The notes under the pieces are model-generated. The model saw only the letters and a program-made list of their open reading frames with translations, was not told the DNA's origin and made no database searches. A program made the translations under genes and the position numbers. Of a DNA stretch of 64,000 nucleotides, positions 58,648-64,000 are shown piece after piece (positions within the stretch are counted from its first letter, which is position 1; each line of letters opens with the position of its first letter). The stretch covers positions 9,098 to 73,097 of the forward strand of contig CBFDBO010000008.1 of NCBI GenBank assembly GCA_965603075.1. Direction: 5' to 3'. The stretch is from an uncultured Rhodospirillales bacterium (lineage in GTDB: Bacteria; Pseudomonadota; Alphaproteobacteria; Rhodospirillales; Casp-alpha2).

Positions 58648-59004
58648 TTAACATCTTTCCCCGTGAGAATACAATTGATGAGTTTCGACCAGCCACACTA
58701 AATAATGTTGCCAAACATTCAGCCTGATTATAAAAAATGGCATCCAATCACCTGAATAATAGATCAATACATGATTCATTGTGGATTTGGGGGTGGTGAA
58801 TATCCACCATATAACATTCGCTAAAGTAGCGCACTGAAATCCATCCTCCCAGCCAAATCCTCGAATTTAAGCCTTGCTTGTTCCTGATATAAATACTTCA
58901 TCATCTAGTATTAATTGTGGTTTTACGATTTCAATTGGATCAAAAAACAGTCTTTGATTCTTATCTGATTCTTTTATTGAAGGTTGAACGATAGAAACAA
59001 TAAT
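58648..59004 (-). pseudogene. possible gene remnant: about 118-codon frame with one internal TAA and no start codon
   Basis: Manual minus-strand translation: ...KNQRLFFDPIEIVKPQLILDDEVFISGTSKA*IRGFGWEDGFQCATLANVIWWIFTTPKSTMNHVLIYYSGDWMPFFIIRLNVWQHYLVWLVETHQLYSHGERC*. A frame this open is unusual in such AT-rich DNA. Confidence 0.3.
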
Positions 59005-59023
59005 TTATTGGATGAGAGAATAT

Positions 59024-59917
59024 TTATTCAACTGGGTTAACCAGTGTTCCCACACGGTCAAATGTGATCTCGACGCAGTCACCCGGTTTCAAGAATTTAG
59101 GCGGATTGAAACCAAGCCCCACACCCACAGATGTACCCGTTGCAATCAGATCCCCTGATTGCAACGTGCGACCTTCTGACAGAGTGACAATCAAAGTTGG
59201 TATATCAAAGATTAAATCACTTACGGCCGCGTCCTGTCGAACCTCACCATTTACTTTGGTCAACAAACGAATGTCGGCTACATCGCCAACTTCGTCCGCC
59301 GTTACAAGGGCGGGCCCCATTGGGCAAAACCCATCTAGGCTTTTTCCTAAGAACCACTGATTATATTTATGTTGTTGGGTGCGCGAGGTAACATCATTGA
59401 TAATGGTATAGCCATATACATGCCCCATGGCATCTTGTTTTGAAATATTACGGCCGGGTTTACCGATCACAAAAACAAGCTCCCCCTCATAATCAACAGA
59501 AAAGGTGGGGTCCAAATATGAGGGAATCGCTTCATCAGGACCAATGACACAAGAGGGTAACTTGGTGAAAATAATCGGATGTTCTGGGATGGCTGTTTTT
59601 GCGGCGGCGTCAAATCCGCTGTTATGGAATTCTTCCGCATGTTCGATGTAATTTTTACCAACACACATGATATTGCGTAAAGGGCGTGGGAAGGGGGCTT
59701 TAAGCTTTACCGATGCAAACGGGATAAGACCATCAACAAGCACCCTGTCACAAGCCGCTCTGATTTTTTTGAGCCCTTGGTCCCCCATTGCAACGATCGA
59801 ATTCATATCATTTGGTAATTCAGGCGCAACTTTAGATAGATCAATTATATAACTTTCATCAGACAATAGAACACCAACAGACTCACAATCTAACAATTCA
59901 AATGTTACCAAACGCAT
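59024..59917 (-). CDS. fumarylacetoacetate hydrolase (FAH) family protein
   Basis: CVGKNY.EHA.E, DYEGELVFVIGK and ATGTSVGVG motifs. Confidence 0.87.
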   Translation of the reverse strand: MRLVTFELLDCESVGVLLSDESYIIDLSKVAPELPNDMNSIVAMGDQGLKKIRAACDRVLVDGLIPFASVKLKAPFPRPLRNIMCVGKNYIEHAEEFHNSGFDAAAKTAIPEHPIIFTKLPSCVIGPDEAIPSYLDPTFSVDYEGELVFVIGKPGRNISKQDAMGHVYGYTIINDVTSRTQQHKYNQWFLGKSLDGFCPMGPALVTADEVGDVADIRLLTKVNGEVRQDAAVSDLIFDIPTLIVTLSEGRTLQSGDLIATGTSVGVGLGFNPPKFLKPGDCVEITFDRVGTLVNPVE

Positions 59918-59943
59918 ATTTAGAAACTCCGGTAATTCTTAGA

Positions 59944-60705
59944 TTAATATTGAATGATTGCATTATAAAGAAGCTTCAATGCAATGAACGATAATATAAA
60001 TTTCAACCCCCATCGAAATATTTCTTCAGGTAATCTATTTAAAAGTTTCCGTCCCGCATATGTACCAATGAAACCAAAACCAACCATACCAATTAAAAGC
60101 GGGATATACGGACCGAACGCAAATCCAAGAAGCCCAAACGAAAATATTTTAAAACTATGCTGACAGAACATGATGGCTGCGTGGGTAGCGACGACTTGTT
60201 GACGCTCTTTGCAAGCAGCGGCAATAAACGGAGCAATTATTGGTCCTGTTGCACCAACAAACATAGAAATAAATGAACTGCCAATACCAACACCAAAAAA
60301 CGTCAGAGCTTTAGGATTACTGGATTGAATTTTGGGAGCCCAAGTTGTGTAAAGTACAAACAAAGCCAAAAACAATTGTAACAGTGGCTTGGGTAAAGTT
60401 ATCAAGAAATGAGTACCAAGAAGAATACCAATGCTTGAACCCAAAATAAATGCAGGAACAATCGAGAATGAAATGCTGCGTATTAATAAAGATGCACGGC
60501 CTAAATTAGACCCAATTTGTATAACACCATGAATGGGTATTAAGACAAAAGGGGGCATCACCAAGGCCATAGAAGCCAACACCAACATACCGCCTCCAAG
60601 GCCAATTGAAGCTGATATAAAGCTGGCGGATAATGAAATGCCACACAGGATAAAAAACCACTCTATATTAAGGCCCGTATTGGCAATCAGGAAACTAAAT
60701 GACAT
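59944..60705 (-). CDS. TauE/SafE family sulfite/anion exporter
   Basis: 253 aa, about eight TM segments, and the duplicated Gly-rich pattern (GLGGGML, GVGIGSS) typical of the family. Confidence 0.82.
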   Translation of the reverse strand: MSFSFLIANTGLNIEWFFILCGISLSASFISASIGLGGGMLVLASMALVMPPFVLIPIHGVIQIGSNLGRASLLIRSISFSIVPAFILGSSIGILLGTHFLITLPKPLLQLFLALFVLYTTWAPKIQSSNPKALTFFGVGIGSSFISMFVGATGPIIAPFIAAACKERQQVVATHAAIMFCQHSFKIFSFGLLGFAFGPYIPLLIGMVGFGFIGTYAGRKLLNRLPEEIFRWGLKFILSFIALKLLYNAIIQY

Positions 60706-60836
60706 ATAAACATGTTCCGGAGCTTTTATTCAAATATTCAAGAAAATAAGTGGATAGTGTTTGCTGAAAACCATAGTTCTATTAAGATTAGAAATAACAA
60801 ATGTGCTCTATAAATGAAAGTTAATCCTAGAATAAT

Positions 60837-61679
60837 ATGTGTCCCGCCCCCGTTTCAAAAGATCAGGATCGTGGTTTTCTAATCCCCATTGGAGGAGCAG
60901 AAGACAAAGAAGCCGATCGTAGAATTTTATCAAGGTTCGTTGAGCTTTCCGGATCAGATAAAAGTCATATCGTTGTTATCCCCACTGCCTCTCGTTTAGA
61001 TGATACAGGTCCCAATTATTTAGGAATTTTTGACGGCTTGGGCGCGGGACAGGTCGATTATTTACCCATCACCAACCGCGAAGATTGTGACAACCCCTCA
61101 TTCTCTGAAATCCTTGATAGTGCCACAGGTATTTTCATCACAGGCGGCAATCAACTCAGATTATCAACAATCCTTGGTGGAACATTAATTGCGCAGAAAA
61201 TCAGACGGAGTAACGCCAGCGGCATTCCCGTTGCAGGAACATCAGCGGGTGCCTCTATTATGTCACAACATATGATCGCGGGTGGCAGTGCCAAAAGCTC
61301 ACCTGCCCAAGACGGTGTCAATCTGGCTCCTGGCTTAGGATTAACAAACATAGCCATTATTGATCAGCATTTCACCGAACGCCACAGATTGGGAAGATTG
61401 CTGTCTGCAACAGCGTATAATCCATTTTTACTGGGTATTGGCATCGATGAAGACACAGGCGCTTTCATTGGACCGGATAACATGATGGAAGTCATTGGCA
61501 AAGGCAGCGTAACGGTGGTCGATTCAAGTGGGTTAACCTATTCCTCCATGGGGCATGCTGCCCACGGAGAACCGCTAAGTTTATTGGGGTTGAAATTAGA
61601 CATTCTCAGCGAAGGTTGCAGGTACGATTTAAATGGTCGTCAATCATACGCGCCTGATGGTGTTAATAATGATTCATAA
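60837..61679 (+). CDS. cphB: cyanophycinase (peptidase S51), intracellular type
   Basis: IPIGGAEDK, GIFITGGNQ.RL, catalytic-Ser context GTSAGASIM, IIDQHF..R.R.GRL. No signal peptide. Confidence 0.87.
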   Translation: MCPAPVSKDQDRGFLIPIGGAEDKEADRRILSRFVELSGSDKSHIVVIPTASRLDDTGPNYLGIFDGLGAGQVDYLPITNREDCDNPSFSEILDSATGIFITGGNQLRLSTILGGTLIAQKIRRSNASGIPVAGTSAGASIMSQHMIAGGSAKSSPAQDGVNLAPGLGLTNIAIIDQHFTERHRLGRLLSATAYNPFLLGIGIDEDTGAFIGPDNMMEVIGKGSVTVVDSSGLTYSSMGHAAHGEPLSLLGLKLDILSEGCRYDLNGRQSYAPDGVNNDS

Positions 61680-61746
61680 AAATTAATTCCTTTAAGATCT
61701 CGAATTACGAGACGGAGACATGCAATAAAAATATAAGGACTGGGAA

Positions 61747-64000
61747 ATGAAAATTATTTCAACGAATGTTTATGTAGGTCCAAACACTTGGGCAAGCTTT
61801 CCTGTTATTCGGCATGTAATCGACCTTGGGATTCTCGAAAACTGGCCATCGGTAAAACTAGGTTCTGAATTCATTGATAAGTTAATTGACGCTTTGCCCG
61901 GTCTTTCTGAACACGGGTGTTCCTATAAAACCTCTGGCGGGTTTGTTCGCCGTCTCAGAGAAGATGAAGGTACCTGGCTCGGTCATATTATGGAACACTG
62001 TGCCTTAGAAATTCAATGTGTCGCGGGCACAGAAGTCTCATTTGGTCGCACCCGTTCCACGGGCACCCCCGGCCAGTACAATATGGTCTACACCTATAAA
62101 CAACGTGATGTTGGCTTAGAAGCTGGGGAAATGGCCATCAATTTATTGATGCATTTATTACCCGACAATGTCCGCGCCCTCATTGACTATGAATTTGAAG
62201 AAGATTTTGATTGGGCCGCTGATTTAGAAAGTTTCATCCGCCGTGCCCAACGAAAAGAATTTGGTCCCAGCACAGGTTCGCTTGTAAAGGCCGCCGAAGA
62301 ACGAAATATTCCATGGCTGCGTTTAAACGACTACAGTCTGGTCCAATTCGGTCATGGTAAATATCAACAGCGTATCCAAGCGACAATAACCAGTGAGACA
62401 AAACAAATTTCCGTTGAAATTGCCTGTGATAAAGACAGCACCCATTCTTTATTAAATGATCTAGGTCTCCCTGTTCCAAAACAATATATGGTCCATTCCG
62501 TCCGACAAGCCATCCGCGCGGCCAACCGTATTGGTTATCCCATCGTCGTTAAGCCTTTGGATGCCAACCATGGACGCGGGATTACCATTAACGTGATGGA
62601 TGATGATGCAACCGAGGCCGCGTTCGAATACGCCCTTGAATATGGTACGGGTCGTACCGTTTTACTGGAAAGTTTGGTGGCGGGGCTCGATCACCGGATG
62701 CTTGTGATTAATAATGAATTGGTTGCCGTTGCAAAACGCGTACCCGGTCATGTTATTGGTGACGGTAAAAGTTCCATCGTGGAATTGGTGGATGAAGTCA
62801 ACAGCGACCCCCGTCGGGGTGTCGGTCACGAAAAGGTTCTAACCAAATTAGAATTTGATAACCAAGCCCGATTATTACTAGAAGAGGCTGGTTATGATGC
62901 TGAAACAGTCTTACCAGACGGCGAGCAATTTTTTCTACGCTCCACCGGTAACCTATCAACCGGGGGCACCGCTATTGATGTAACCGATATCGTCCATCCC
63001 GATACCCGGGAAATGGCTGTGCGCGCCGTTATGGCGATTGGTCTTGATGTAGGTGGTGTCGATTTTCTAACCCCAGACATCACCAAATCCTATAAAGAAG
63101 TCGGTGGTGGCATCGTTGAAGTAAACGCAGCCCCCGGCTTTCGAATGCACATAGCCCCAAGCGAGGGTGAACCCCGCGATGTTTCGGGAAAAGTAATCGA
63201 TATGCTTTTCAAACCCGGCACGCCGAGCCGGATCCCTATTGCCGCTATCACCGGAACAAACGGCAAGACAACCACGTCACGTATGCTCGCCCATATAATG
63301 AAAGCCAATGGAAGAACGGTTGGCATGACATCCACTGATGGTGTTTATATTGATGGAAAACTGAGCGTGAAGGGCGATATGACAGGTCCCAAATCAGCTC
63401 AGATTGTATTGCGTGATCCAATCGTTGATTTCGCCGTCATGGAAACGGCCCGCGGTGGTTTGGTGCGAAGCGGATTAGGCTATGAGGCATCCGATGTTGC
63501 GGCGTGCTTGAACGTTACATCCGATCACTTGGGCATGGGGGGTGTGGAAACCGTAGAACAACTCGCCGAGGTAAAACGCGTTGTTGTTGAGACCGCCACA
63601 AAAGCCGCTATTTTGAATGCTGATGATCTGAATTGTTTACGCATGGCGGATTATGCCAAGGCTGAAACCATCTGTTACATCACCATGGATTCCGACAACA
63701 TTTTGGTGAAAGAACATATCAGAGCCGGTGGGCGCGCCGTTGTGCGCGAAAAAGGGATGAACGGCGATATGATCACCATTTATGACAATGGCATGCACAT
63801 ACCTGTTTTATGGACGCACCTGATTCCCGCAACTTTAGAAGGCAAAGCGCTGTTTAATGTGCAGAACGCTATGTTTGCAACAGCAATGGCATATTCCTTT
63901 GAGGTTGATTTAGAAAACATTCGCAATGGCCTTCGAACCTTTGACACCTCATTCTTCCAGACCCCCGGCAGAATGAATGTATTTGATGAACACCCATTCA
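61747..64000 (+). CDS. cphA: cyanophycin synthetase (partial; continues beyond the window end)
   Basis: This frame is absent from the ORF track because it has no stop, and I found none at the points I hand-translated. Those segments read MKIISTNVYVGPNTWASFPVIRHVIDLG, ATP-grasp IGYPIVVKPLDANHGRG, Mur-ligase P-loop TGTNGKTTT, and TPGRMNVFDEHPF at the end. Confidence 0.9.
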   Translation, partial: MKIISTNVYVGPNTWASFPVIRHVIDLGILENWPSVKLGSEFIDKLIDALPGLSEHGCSYKTSGGFVRRLREDEGTWLGHIMEHCALEIQCVAGTEVSFGRTRSTGTPGQYNMVYTYKQRDVGLEAGEMAINLLMHLLPDNVRALIDYEFEEDFDWAADLESFIRRAQRKEFGPSTGSLVKAAEERNIPWLRLNDYSLVQFGHGKYQQRIQATITSETKQISVEIACDKDSTHSLLNDLGLPVPKQYMVHSVRQAIRAANRIGYPIVVKPLDANHGRGITINVMDDDATEAAFEYALEYGTGRTVLLESLVAGLDHRMLVINNELVAVAKRVPGHVIGDGKSSIVELVDEVNSDPRRGVGHEKVLTKLEFDNQARLLLEEAGYDAETVLPDGEQFFLRSTGNLSTGGTAIDVTDIVHPDTREMAVRAVMAIGLDVGGVDFLTPDITKSYKEVGGGIVEVNAAPGFRMHIAPSEGEPRDVSGKVIDMLFKPGTPSRIPIAAITGTNGKTTTSRMLAHIMKANGRTVGMTSTDGVYIDGKLSVKGDMTGPKSAQIVLRDPIVDFAVMETARGGLVRSGLGYEASDVAACLNVTSDHLGMGGVETVEQLAEVKRVVVETATKAAILNADDLNCLRMADYAKAETICYITMDSDNILVKEHIRAGGRAVVREKGMNGDMITIYDNGMHIPVLWTHLIPATLEGKALFNVQNAMFATAMAYSFEVDLENIRNGLRTFDTSFFQTPGRMNVFDEHPF

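Noticed and set aside
57074-59023. Tested whether tRNA-Arg(UCU) marks an integrated island containing the HD-GYP gene.
   Set aside because: I found no direct repeat of the tRNA-Arg 3' end downstream and no recombinase gene. AT-richness alone is not enough.

Overview
Chromosomal segment that looks alphaproteobacterial: it has 5-aminolevulinate synthase HemA, ATP12, an NDUFS4-like protein, and ELM1, DUF1489 and DUF2336 families. It opens in the distal spc operon (rplO-secY-adk) and the alpha operon (rpsM-rpsK-rpoA-rplQ). Most of the rest is housekeeping and metabolism: degP-like, rarA, crcB, rluC, propionyl-CoA carboxylase pccBA, lipB, mgtE, hemA, pyrE, gcdH, ubiX, amn, putA, and cyanophycinase plus cyanophycin synthetase (cphA runs off the 3' end). 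There are three tRNAs: Leu-GAG, Pro-UGG and Arg-UCU. Signalling genes are frequent: two PAS histidine kinases with near-identical H-boxes, a standalone Hpt, an HD-GYP protein and a degenerate GGDEF-EAL protein. I found no CRISPR array, transposase, integrase or recognisable multi-gene defence system. Five things deserve a second look. (1) A ~1.2 kb integrase-less islet sits at tRNA-Leu, bounded by 87-bp direct repeats, with five phased 8-mers and one unknown membrane-anchored ORF. (2) A visibly GC-richer Rieske oxygenase-cupin-methyltransferase cassette is bracketed by 34/35-bp direct repeats that copy the tRNA-Pro promoter region. (3) An orphan Panacea (DUF4065) antitoxin-like gene lies beside two unknown small proteins, one with flagellar-rod-like termini. 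(4) Tandem 10-14 bp repeats begin inside the last codons of genes and repeat the TAA stop codon 3-4 times, which puts a stop in all three frames. (5) Two well-signalled small ORFs fall below the ORF-track cutoff. All product calls rest on my reading of motifs in the translations; no database search was possible.
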